Assembly (NCBI GenBank): GCA_051362555.1
Contig: CM120640.1
Location: 48,648,788-48,712,787 of the forward strand
Direction of reading: 5' to 3'
Length of the DNA: 64,000 nucleotides
Source of the DNA: Lingula anatina
Taxonomy: Eukaryota; Animalia; Brachiopoda
This document shows positions 28,301 to 39,400 of the stretch, piece after piece; the stretch's first letter is position 1, and every line of letters starts with the position of its first letter. The translations under genes were made by a program, and so were the position numbers. The notes below the pieces were generated by a model that saw only the letters and a list, made by a program, of their open reading frames with translations, had not been told where the DNA came from and did not search any database.

Positions 28301-30623
28301 GCAAACTTTCACAAGCAAAAATCAATGTTATAGGCTGTTTTTGTGTATGCATGTTGAAAGGTGATATTGTAAAAACATTAAACCTTTTATGTATAAGGGT
28401 GAAACTTAAAGAACTGTGAATTTAGTATGAGAGAGTCATTTTAATATGACATGCATAACATGGTTAATTGGTGCTGTTGTGCAAATAGGCTGAACAGAGC
28501 TCTAGATCACAAGTCATAAAGAAATCTGTGGATGACTGTTATCACCTTTCATTTAGCACACCAAATTGCTTTTGGACCAAATTGTCATCTAGTGAAAAAC
28601 ACCAGTTTATGAACTTCATGGCTAATCCAGTAGAGGAAGGTGTGCACTGACCTAAATCATAATATTATATAAGAATGAACTTTGTTGAATTTCATAGACA
28701 TTTTCTCTAAAAAACATGACCTCACCTTCTTTGGCATATTTAAGCATATGACAGGCGACGGCAAATTCTTCTTTGTCAAGTGTCCCACTGGCATCGTGGT
28801 CAGCCAGGTCCCATATCAGAGCTAGTTCACCCAGGGGAAGTCTGCTCTCCAGAAAGACTGGATAAGCACACTTACCTGAAAGTGAAGAAATAACAGACTT
28901 GCAAAATATTGCTAACTTCTCCCCATCAAAGTAAATGCAATAAGTGGCACTTAAAATCCGTAAAAAATGATATTTATTACTGCTTATAAAACAGCATCGT
29001 GCTGTGAACTGACAGATTTGTTCTCAGATTTATTCTAAAGAACTTCCATTGTGACCAAATACAGGAAATAGATTCATTACACCAAAAATTGCATTTTTTA
29101 TTCACTGTTTAATAAAACTTACCTTCACAATATTAAATTGTTTCTATATATATCTAAACCTTACTACTTGTCCTATTTATCAATACTTCCTGATATTTAT
29201 ACTGAAGATAGACTGACTCTTCTTAGTTCCACTCTTTTATGCTTGCTGTGTCTAAAAACTAAGCTCAACATAAGCAGCAAATGTGATATATATATTTACT
29301 TTAGTATGATATTATACCCTCCAAATCTGAGGCATGCCCTAGGACGGTATAGAAGGTGGAAAAAAAGAATTGTTGTATTTGCTGCCTATGGTGAGCTTAA
29401 CCTATCAGACTGGTGACAGGATCTATTTGTACTGAAAAGGGTTAGCCCATGTGCAATTTAAAGACAACAGTTTACTCTCTCTCACCATCAACAAAACCTC
29501 TATTTGCTGTGTCTTCCACACTGAACACAGCCTGATAGGCTGCCCTCTCTCTGTCTTCTATGACTGGAACCAGAACTTGTTGAACAGAGGGCAACTGGAG
29601 GAAATCTGGGAGCACTTTGGGCAGACTCTTGCCTTGAAGAAGTCCTTGGATCAGATGCATTGCTATGGTGAACTCAGCAACATCTAACATGTTGTCCTTG
29701 CCCATATCTGCTAAAATCCTGAAGATATAAATAATTGATAAATCAACACAGAGCAGGATTGATCTAGAAAAATACCGTGAATGTATGTTTTCATCAAAAG
29801 TTTAAACATATGTTTGACCAAAAGACATCTTATAAGTATCTAAAATTGAGAACACTACCTAACTATCTGATTTGTTAAACTGTTTTTATTCCTACTAGAC
29901 ATTCATTTATCTTAAAGTCTTCCTTCTCTTTAGTCTTCTTTCTTTTCTTTATATTTTCAAATTTTAATTATAAAAATTTCAAATCTAGTATAAAGGGCCC
30001 TGTTGCACAGAAAATTTTTTAGATAAGCACAGATTGGAATGCAGACAACAAAGTCATCTTTGCAGTACTGACCTCAGAGAGTTTCAAATATAGTTAGACT
30101 GATAAATGTTAGTTGTCTTAGATAACAGGTTAAATTACAATGTTGAACAGAAAATGGTGACAAGCAAACACTGCGTTGTTCATTATTTGGGTCACCACTT
30201 ATCACTTGTCAGTTTCTTTCATTAATTATTACATGGATTGGTCAATTTTATACCATATTCATTGATTTTTACACTCACAACTTTTTGTGGTGTAAACAGA
30301 GGCTTACCTTGACAAGTGAAATGTGCATAAGGATGTTGAAATGAAACTAAAAAAATTGATCTTGATCAATCAATCTGACTTATGTCATGATATATAATAC
30401 AAAAGGTATTTTCTATTTGGACCAATTTCATATTCTCAGTGGTTTTGTTCATGGGCAGCTATAGCTTTAGCCCACCTCTAAGTTTGATAACAATGTTGGA
30501 CCCAGGGCTTACTTTTCAAGATAAAAAAAGGACTTTTGATTCCAATTGAAATACATATTAGTTGCCTTAATCATGATATGTAATTGATTAGAAATAAGAC
30601 TTTGTGAAAACTGCAGGCCGTAG

Positions 30624-30662
<39 letters not shown>

Positions 30663-33600
30663 TCGCACGGGCGGACTCAGAGATATATTCTGACAGTCTT
30701 CCAAATTATATTTGTTGATCCATCCTCCATTTTGACCATCTTCCAACAGAAAAAATTAGATACCCATCAATGTAAACTTGAAAATCTGACCGTCTTCCAG
30801 AAGACCCAGAAGACGGCCTAAATCCGCCCGGGTTCGGGAGGTTCAAAAGAACCCCCCTTTTTGCTGGGCAAAGGTCCCCTCTGGGTAAAATTTTACCTAG
30901 GTACAGGAAGATTTCATGGTAAAAGGGCCACTTTCTCAGAAAGAGAACCCCCCTTTTGAAATTGCTGGCTACGGGCCTGAACTGTCTACAGGCTTTGCCA
31001 AGCCCACTGACATAGTTTTTTTTCTATTGTGTAATGGTAATCCATAATCACAGTTTATGCATACATAATGTGTCCTGAACCCTGTTATACCATGCAGGGT
31101 CAACAGGACAACTCTTAGCTAATATGACCTCTCTTGAGATCTTGCTGTCTACTACAAACGACAAATTATACTACAGCATGCAATCCCTATTTTTCAACAG
31201 CTAATGCAGGGGTAACAATTTAACTCTTGACCATCAGCTAATTCTAAGATAAAAAAGATGTGCATCCTTGTCAACAATACAATACATTGTATTCAATATT
31301 GCGATTTCATCTTGGTTCAATACAAGCACAACTGAGGTGAAATGCTTGACAATGGCTCCCACATTTATCTGGAATCTATATACTGGTCAACCATACAAAA
31401 TAGGGACTATGCCCACCAATCATGTAATATTCCAATGGAATTTTATGCAGCAAAATATTCAAGTCAAGCGGAAAATTAGAGGACAAAGTGACAGGCATGT
31501 GAAAACATTGTGCCTCTCCATTTGGTGCACTAGAGCACTGCTGTTGCCCTGACAGAGGGAACAGGAGAGCCCAACATTCTTTAATTTATTATATGTACTA
31601 GTATTCCTTTTTTAAGGTCAGTAACAATAATGAGCCAAGAAAGCCATCTTTCAAACAAGGTAAATGGATATAAGAAAATAAAAGATACCTGCAGCATTTT
31701 ACAAACCCAGTGACCACATTTCTAACTGGATAATCATAAACCACCTGTGGATTCTCTTACAATGTATTTAGCAATTTATTTCCCAAATAGATGTCATCCA
31801 AATTACATGACAATCATAAACATTTCATTCAGCATGGGACTGAAAGCAGTTTAAAAAAAACACTTTTCATGAGTTATGGTAGATAATATTTCTTTTAGCA
31901 ATGTAACTAATTTTCCAACATCAATGACAGATCACCCAAATATAACGTAAAAGAAAAATATAATAATAATAATAAAATAAAAAATAAATAAAAAATAAAA
32001 AAAAACACCTCTACCCAATATGTATGACATCAAGCACGACTTATTTCAATAATAAGGTCTGAGAAGGTGTTGCAAATCACATGCTCTTTCCTAAGAATTT
32101 TAATAACAGAGGAAGCGCCCTGATAATTGGTTTGGGCCAGTATCATACAGGAAAGCCTTAAAGTGCACAGACTAAATATATATATATTAAGTGTATGCTT
32201 AAGGCTATGCATGTCATCCAGTTGTATTTTACATAAACCATTTATGTCTTAATTATTACTGGACTTCTTAATTTGTCTAGTACACTGGTCTTCTGTACTT
32301 AGAATTCTCATTTTGTAAGCACAGTTATTGTAATAAGATTTAAAAAGTTGAATTTATATCTGCTAAAGGCTTCTAGCCATTTGAACCAGCACTTTAGCAA
32401 GCTCATTACTTGCCTGTGAAAAAGGAAACCAGTTTTTAAAATTACATAATATAATCAGTTTTATTTGCAGGACTCTTAGATGTAAACAGACCCCTGATTA
32501 AAAACAACATAAACACCCATACACTCCCTGCTTCTTTTCCTCGTCCTAAATTTGACACTTAACATGAACGATTCCCTCTTGAACTTATTTCTGTTCACTA
32601 ATCTTCTATAGGTGTGTTTGCATCATCAACATACCACTAACAATGCCCTGACCTTGTTGTCTGAGCACCATGGCTGACAGATCACATTGTATGAACAGAA
32701 AGAACCAGTGCACACAAATCTGCTCTCTCAGTGGTGACCCACACTTCAAACCTTCAGTAATTTACTTAGAATTTTTTTAAAGCACCTGCTCTAATAGAAG
32801 ACTTACAGGTAGACAGGGCATTTCATTAAAAAAAAATATCTATTAATATGTATTAGAATTACTCAAAATGATTGATACTTAAAATATTTATGTGTGTTTA
32901 CGTGTGTGTGCATGTGTGCATGTAAAAAGAGAAACGATCCTTCAATGCCAGGATGTCAGGACACTTTACAAGAATTATCTAATGAGTACATTACGACAAG
33001 AGATATGACATTTTGTAATCAGACCATTCAGTGACAAAAATCCAGAAAATTTTATGAGTGATGTCCTACCTATGTGCCATGTCCTCCATTTTCCTTAAAT
33101 TATTTAACATTTATGTGTATGAACACTGAATTCAATCATTTTCACTTGTTGCTATGATATACTGTATACATGGATTTTTTGATAAATATGATCCTGTATT
33201 TCAGGTCAATGTAATTCACAGAAGTCTGATTATTCTATAACTTTGTAGCCCACCAATATTTCAGTAATTTTTACTCCCACTGTTAAAAAGCAAACTGTAC
33301 ACTCATGAATGTGGTCTAACATTCTTTACTGGTAAATCTTGACACAAGAATGCCTGGTTTCTCAGCTGAGTTGACACCTGGAGGGTATACCTATAGTGAT
33401 TAGAACAAAGGAGGTGTTACAAACTCCTCCCCAAATGCACAGCCACCAGTGTATGTTATTAATTTCACCTCAATAAGCTGTCCATATCAACAGTACCCTT
33501 TCCTTATCAAACATGAGTATCTTTTCCTATAGGGAAACTTATTAAAAGTTCTAACAGAAAGAAAGAAAAAAGGACCACTTTATAAATTTCTTAGTCAGCC

Positions 33601-36217
33601 TTTTATCTTAACACAAAAGAAAACAAATTCCTAAAAAATAAATTAAGTTTTAAAAATAAATATCCTTTTCTATTGTTGTCCTCATTCCAAGTATCTGATA
33701 CTTTATGCTACAGTGCATGTTTATTTGAACAATGTACTGCTGCTGTGCTCCAATTCCTCCGCCAAACTGCAGGAGCAGGTCAGGTATCAGCCTTTGACTT
33801 CTGGCTTATTATTATATGACGGGTTTTTGAAAGTGAGTTCTGTAACAGTGGCATTTTCACTGTATTATGATTCAGGTGTGTAATATTATAAACTGGTTTG
33901 AATTATGGATTTCAAATCTTTCCATCATGATCATCTAGTGCAATTAAAACAAAAGCTGATATATACATATATATATATAAAACAAGTTCTACTAACTTTT
34001 TATTTTCTCTATAAAATACACCTTATTTGAATAAAACAGTGATAAAATCACCTGCCAGCAAATGTTTAACAGTAATGAGATGTTTTGTACATGCCTTGGC
34101 TGTTGTTTGATTAGTTTATTTACCCTTTCCACATAACAAGAGCAAAGTAACCCTAGAACTGTTATTTGAATAGTTCCCTTTCTACATAAATGTTTGAAGA
34201 GAAAGGTGGTTACATAATTAGAATGACTTCCTCACTTGTGGAAAGAGCTTACATTTGCTTTTTAGTATGCTCTTGAAATTGCACCCTAAAATTCTTCTGG
34301 CGCACGATATTTTGCTTACAAACCAAGCCAGTCTATTTAACTTGATAATAAACCATGGCACAAAATCAGATGCAAGACACAGTAGATTTCATGCATTTTA
34401 AAATCTTATCATAAAAATTTAAAAGTTTCATTAAACACTTAATAAACACAGAGATCAGCAGAAAGAATTCACATGAAAATACGATTAAAATATGTGTTAG
34501 GCTTCTAAAAAAACTAATAATTGTGGTTTACTTACCAGATTTGACTTAATTTCAGCAATGGAAGCTTTGACTGGAGGAAAAGATCACGGGTCTTCTCAGC
34601 TTTTTTTAAAAAAAAGAAGGTTACTATGTTATTACTGGCAAAATATTTTAGACTGAGAATTTTATTGGTAAATAGATTAAACTGAAAATGTAAAAGAGTG
34701 GGTAGACTGTTCGTATCTTAGTATTATAATACATAGTAATCACATATCAGATAAAAAAGTAATATGTTAACATATATAATTCAAGATTTTTTTATTATGG
34801 GACATCAAGGTTGCATGCCAAAAACTATCCATTTTAACACTTCAACAATCAATATATATAAAAACGTATTTTATTTTGGAACAGAATTATGTCTTATCTG
34901 TATATGAAAAAAAAAAACATCAAGCAAAGCAAACAGAAATGAAAGTCAGAGTGCAGAAATGGGCAAAATGAAAGGGGACGGGGAATGGGACAGGGAGAAG
35001 GACAAAACTGACAGAAGGGTGGAGACAAGGCAACATTTCATATTGCCCTCCAGTAATTCCTCAACCCCCATACTCTCTGCATCACAGCTTACAGGTACAG
35101 TTACTAAAACAGACTATTTGTGGGCATATATATATCTGTAAAATATGCCCTACCTGGATCATGTGTTCAAGTGACCATTGCAGCTGTCATGACTACATGA
35201 CCTAGGGCATTGGTGGTGTAGTTAATCATGTAGTAAAGCACAGCTTGTTATTTCCTTGACTATATCATGACAGCTTGTTCCACTGTGACATATGACTGCA
35301 GGGTGTGGCTTTTACTAAATCTGTACACAGTGCAACATATGGGACCTTCACTTTTTCTTTTGATTTTTAAAAAAAATTTTGAGGGGGATACACAAAATAA
35401 TGTTTTTCTTGCTGATTCACGATAAACAATTCCAACATTGTTCTACTTTATGTTTTTTCAAAGTCCATGTCTTTGCGTGAATGCACAGCATTATATGTTT
35501 TGGGCATATTAATCTAAATGTCACTGTAAGTGCCCAAGTTTAAGAAAAAAAGGAAACAAAGGTGCAAGTGCATAAGGACCATTCAAAACTAAGGTGTAAT
35601 ATACAACTGAATGCGTGACACACGTTTACTAGTACTGAAGTGTCATTCAGTTTTGAGGTGGTATATAGTACAGATATGTCATGCTGTTTTGAAATGGTAT
35701 ATATATAATAAATCAATTGCACATCTTGGTTTCTTTATTTCTCTACCTGCTAGATATCCCTCTACGGGTTCTTGGCTGTAGAACAGGTGCTCATGGCGGA
35801 CTTGGTCTGCTAAACTAATAGGCCCCCACTCCTGGCCGTCTGACAAGGAGGACACTAAAGATAACACAATTTAAAAATGCTGGCAGTTTGAATAAGCTTC
35901 AGATATTGAGACAGCAACTTTACAATAATGAGATTTAATATCTTTAAATGGGCGTGCTGTCAGAGACGCACGCGGTGTCCGTGAGAAAAATAGATTTTAA
36001 AATTGAAGTAATACATTAGTACATGAAACTAAAGTCTGTAAGGAGTTCTACAAATTAAGAAGTATATTCCGTTATATTCTTTTCCCACTTTTTGGTCTTC
36101 TACTGTAATGTGTAACAATGATAATATGCTGTCGTTGTGACTTTAAAAGCCTAAATATAATAGAGCATAGTAAATAAGCAGTAATCTAAACAAATTCACA
36201 GTCGACCTACCACTCAT
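4362..36217 (-). CDS. EH-domain endocytic adaptor-like protein (2x EH, coiled coil, DPF/FxDxF motifs, long acidic disordered tail; intersectin/Eps15/Pan1-End3-like), ~1707 aa, 16 coding exons
   Basis: Phase-consistent GT-AG exons: 36217-36211 (ATG AGT G), 35854-35747, 34599-34536, 29718-29486, 28875-28726, 27895-27811, 24361-24316, 23017-22937, 21634-21528, 20823-20709, 18927-18852, 18494-18198, 17861-17725, 9229-5783, 5325-5166 and a tentative last exon 4372-4362 (AFT*). EH1: ...HEHLFYSQEPVEGYLAAEKTRDLFLQSKLPLLKLSQIWILADMGKDNMLDVAEFTIAMHLI. EH2: ...YQAVFSVEDTANRGFVDGKCAYPVFLESRLPLGELALIWDLADHDASGTLDKEEFAVACHML. Coiled-coil exons include ERRKAQAERENKRVELKKEK and LKKEHEKVRQQ. The last exon is the least certain part. 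Confidence 0.85.
5783..9229 (-). CDS. Giant internal exon (3447 nt, 1149 codons) of the EH-domain gene; Ser/Glu/Pro-rich, likely disordered, with an internal peptide repeat
   Basis: Covers the 1113-aa ORF-track entry. Acceptor ttttag before 9229 (phase 0) and donor GTGAGT after ...ATG AAA at 5783 (phase 0). In frame with the flanking exons 17861-17725 and 5325-5166. Confidence 0.9.
6146..6778 (-). repeat. Coding repeat: six copies of EYFPENQCKS[VI]PD[LF], including a near-perfect 129-bp (43-aa) tandem duplication
   Basis: Motif anchors at about 6159, 6279, 6366, 6495, 6624 and 6750 (spacings 120, 87, 129, 129, 126 bp). Visible in the translated ORF. Confidence 0.95.
16371..16426. repeat. 28-bp tandem duplication in an intron
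   Basis: cctttattaggtggtacttcaaacagat followed by cctttaataggtggtacttcaaacagat. Confidence 0.8.
17644..17674. repeat. (GACA)n microsatellite, possibly the end of a decayed HINE-like repeat
   Basis: cagacagacagacggacagacagacagacag, ~50 bp from an exon donor. Confidence 0.6.
30614..30979. mobile_element. MITE with CAGG(C)CCGTAGCC termini, containing a 35-nt poly-G tract
   Basis: Left CAGGCCGTAGCC (30614); right GGCTACGGGCCTG (ends 30979). Flanking direct repeat AACTG on both sides. CpG-rich interior with gaaccccccttt motifs. G-run at 30626-30660. Confidence 0.8.
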
Positions 36218-36491
36218 TTCACTGGCTTCTGTAAAACACCCAATATAAATATGTTACTGTATCCTGTAACGTGACATTTTTACAATTAGGAGCACAAGAG
36301 AATTATATAAGGCCTCGTAACTGCGATTACACCAAAAAGCGACAGTTTATCCATGACTTAGTCCCGATTGCAAGTGAAATTAGGTCGATCTCGTTTTTGA
36401 CGAGAATACTAACGTGAGCTGATTGGAGGTCACAAGACTTGCTGGATGGAGTGACAATTTATTATTTTGGAGATACATATAAAAGGATAAA
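36218..36491. promoter_or_regulatory. Compact bidirectional promoter and 5'UTRs between the EH gene and ATP6V0B
   Basis: Divergent ATGs at 36217 (-) and 36492 (+), 274 bp apart. The region looks CpG-richer than the flanking introns (by eye). Reverse CCAAT (gattgg, 36421-36426). CLEAR-like GTCACGTTAC (- strand, 36266-36275) and GTCACAAGAC (36429-36438). Confidence 0.7.
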
Positions 36492-39400
36492 ATGAGTACA
36501 TTGATATACAGTACTGGCAGTGGAATCATTGTCTTTGCCCTTATATTAATAGGTAAGTGTACGTCAGAAAACATGTCAACACTTTACTCTAAAATGACGC
36601 TTGTTACCGGTGTTCTCTCTTCCTGAGAAAGAATCAATACAGTTTTTTCCTCTCAGTCACAGACCCATTTTACACTCCAGTTTTCATTCTTGAATCGGTT
36701 TTATGATGAAACATAAAATAAACATTGTGTATTACTAAAGGAATGTTTTCGTTTACTGATTTCAAATATGTTCATACTCCATATTACCGAATTTCTGAAA
36801 TGGAAAATTTGATAATACTAACACTACATGTACAAGTAGTAGCAACAAAATATACATTTCAAATATTGCTCACCTCCTCAAATAGATTAGCTAACAGAAC
36901 TCTATTGACAATCTTTTAAAATATTTCAATGATTATTAATTTACATGTTGCTGTTCAGCCCCTTTGGCTCATATAATATTAATTAGAATAAATGAACAAA
37001 TGATGCATTGAGCACATAAAATGTTTTCACAGGCTCTCTAAACTAATACAGTATAGTATACAAAATTATACATGGAAGATAAGATCCCTTGTCATATATA
37101 TTGGGTATCGAGAAAACAAAACTTGACAGTTTTGGTGACTTTGGCGTTTTACATTTTATTTTATCATTTCGGATCTTTCGCATTACTTCATTCACAAATT
37201 TAATAATGGCAATCAAATTTTGGGCAGAGGGTGGATTTAGTATGGAGAGCTGCATGCCTTTGCCAGTTAGATTACTTATACTGCTAGGTGTTCCTGATTC
37301 AGTTACACCCAAATGTTGGTTTAAATTTCATGACACAGCAACTTTACTATGACATTTGATCTAAAAGTTAAATTTCATATATATCAGAAATTAATGTAAA
37401 AGATGAAAAACGTAATTAACATTTGTAATAATATATCTGTTTGTGCAAGTAATAATATTCTTAATTTTCTACTGTTTTAAAGGGCTCTACTACTGCTTAT
37501 CAGACCAGGGATATAGATTTGACATAGGATGGTATGTTACTCCAGGGTTATATAATATTGTCATTATCATGAATAGTCTGCATCTATCTGTAACAGTTAT
37601 AAACATGATTAGTAAATTTGCTATATAACAGACCAGTTTGTTTAAGGGGAGATAAGTGTAATCAAATACAGTTTTCTAAATTAAAGTTAGATAATTTGGG
37701 TTAATTCAATTGTAAAGAAAGGAAATATTCACATTGGGTTCTGTTCCAGGTTTCTAAGCACTACCAGTCCTGTGATGTGGGGAGGGCTGGGCGTGGCCTT
37801 TGCCATTGCCCTCTCAGTAGTAGGGGCTGCATGGTAAGAGAGATTAGTTCACAAAATTGTAGCCAATTCATCATCATATCAGGGAAACTTTGCTTGCTTT
37901 TTAAATTGGAAGAAAGACATATAACAGTATATTAAAATATAAAATTGAATTTTCTCATTTTGCAAATTTTTTATTTAATTATTTCATAAGTGAATAGATG
38001 TAAAATATTTTTCATGAATATAAGTTTGAAACATGACAGAGTTAACTTTTTTTTTTCTATAGGGGAATTTTTGTCACTGGATCTTCTATAAATGGGGCAG
38101 GAGTGAAAGCACCTAGAATTCGTACCAAGAATTTGATCAGTATTATTTTCTGTGAAGCAGTGGCCATTTATGGAATTATTCTAGCTATTGTCATGCAGAA
38201 TATCATTGAAGTAAGTTTTTGAACTACATTTTAAAGTAATCATTAAGTTTACTTTTGATGAAATTAATTTTATTTAGAGTTTAAGATGGATTATGTTAAA
38301 TCATGCCAATATGTACTTTGACAAGTTATATGAAATGTTTCGGGATCTCAGTGGAGTTAATGGGAGGGATTGTGTTTTCAACTTTTACTCTATATTTTTT
38401 CATTCTCTGTTCCAATTTCTTATAAATGTAGTCTACTGCCACATTGTAACTTAAATTTATTTGTTTTCAGGGGTATACACTTCAGGATATTAAAGTTGTT
38501 ATAGCAAACCACAAAGCAGGTAGGTTATGATACAACCTTTTATAAATGTGCCAACATCCACATTGTTGGATGTTTAGTAATAAGTGACTGCATTCCTCCT
38601 GACCTCATTCAATGTTTATAAAGCTTGGATGAAATGTTTTATAACCAGCACATAAAACAAATTTCTACAGGATTTTGCACAACCTCTGTTCCATCAAGCA
38701 AAATGCCTATTTGTTGCAAAAGTCTCAGCTCACAGTATCTGTATTTCAGTTGTTATTGTATACTATATGAATGTGTCATTATGTCCAGGTTACCAGTTGT
38801 TTGGTGCAGGATTGACAGTGGGTCTCTGTAACCTTGCTTGCGGTGTATGTGTAGGCATAGTTGGATCTGGAGCTGCTCTGGCAGATGCTGCAAATGCTGC
38901 TCTCTTTGTCAAGATTCTCATTGTGGAAATTTTTGCCAGTGCAATAGGGCTGTTTGGAGTCATTGTGGGAATCTTGCAGGTGAGAAGTCTTTAAGCATTA
39001 ATGGGGCGCATTTCATTGAACCATGTATCTCTGAGTGGATTAAATTTTATTTGAATCCATCTTTGCTGGACTTATGAGAGTAAATGAATAAATAGACTAT
39101 ATTAGTTTATTTTGGTCTTTTTATGTACAGACACAGATGTGTCTGTACATATAGCCATCATCTGCGTCTGTCGTCGCCGTCGCCGTCGTCGCCGTCGCCG
39201 TGCACTTTTACCGATAACACGATAAGTGGAAAACTGTTTTTTCTTTTGGCTTGAAACTTACAGAACTGATGAATATTCATAATACGCAGGTCAAGTTCGA
39301 AAATCAGCATGATCGGGTCACTTATAGGGAATTTATGCTGTTTTTTCACTTTTTTCAGCATATATGCAACACCGATAACACGATAAGTGGAAAACCATTT

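Noticed and set aside
36573-36610. Alternative ATP6V0B start (ATGTCAACACTTTAC…)
   Set aside because: Lies after the strong G|gtaagt donor at 36552; the 36492 start gives the expected hydrophobic N-terminus and a 205-aa protein.
36703-36759. Possible intronic C/D snoRNA (ATGATGA…CTGA)
   Set aside because: Too short, no terminal stem and no recognisable rRNA-complementary guide.
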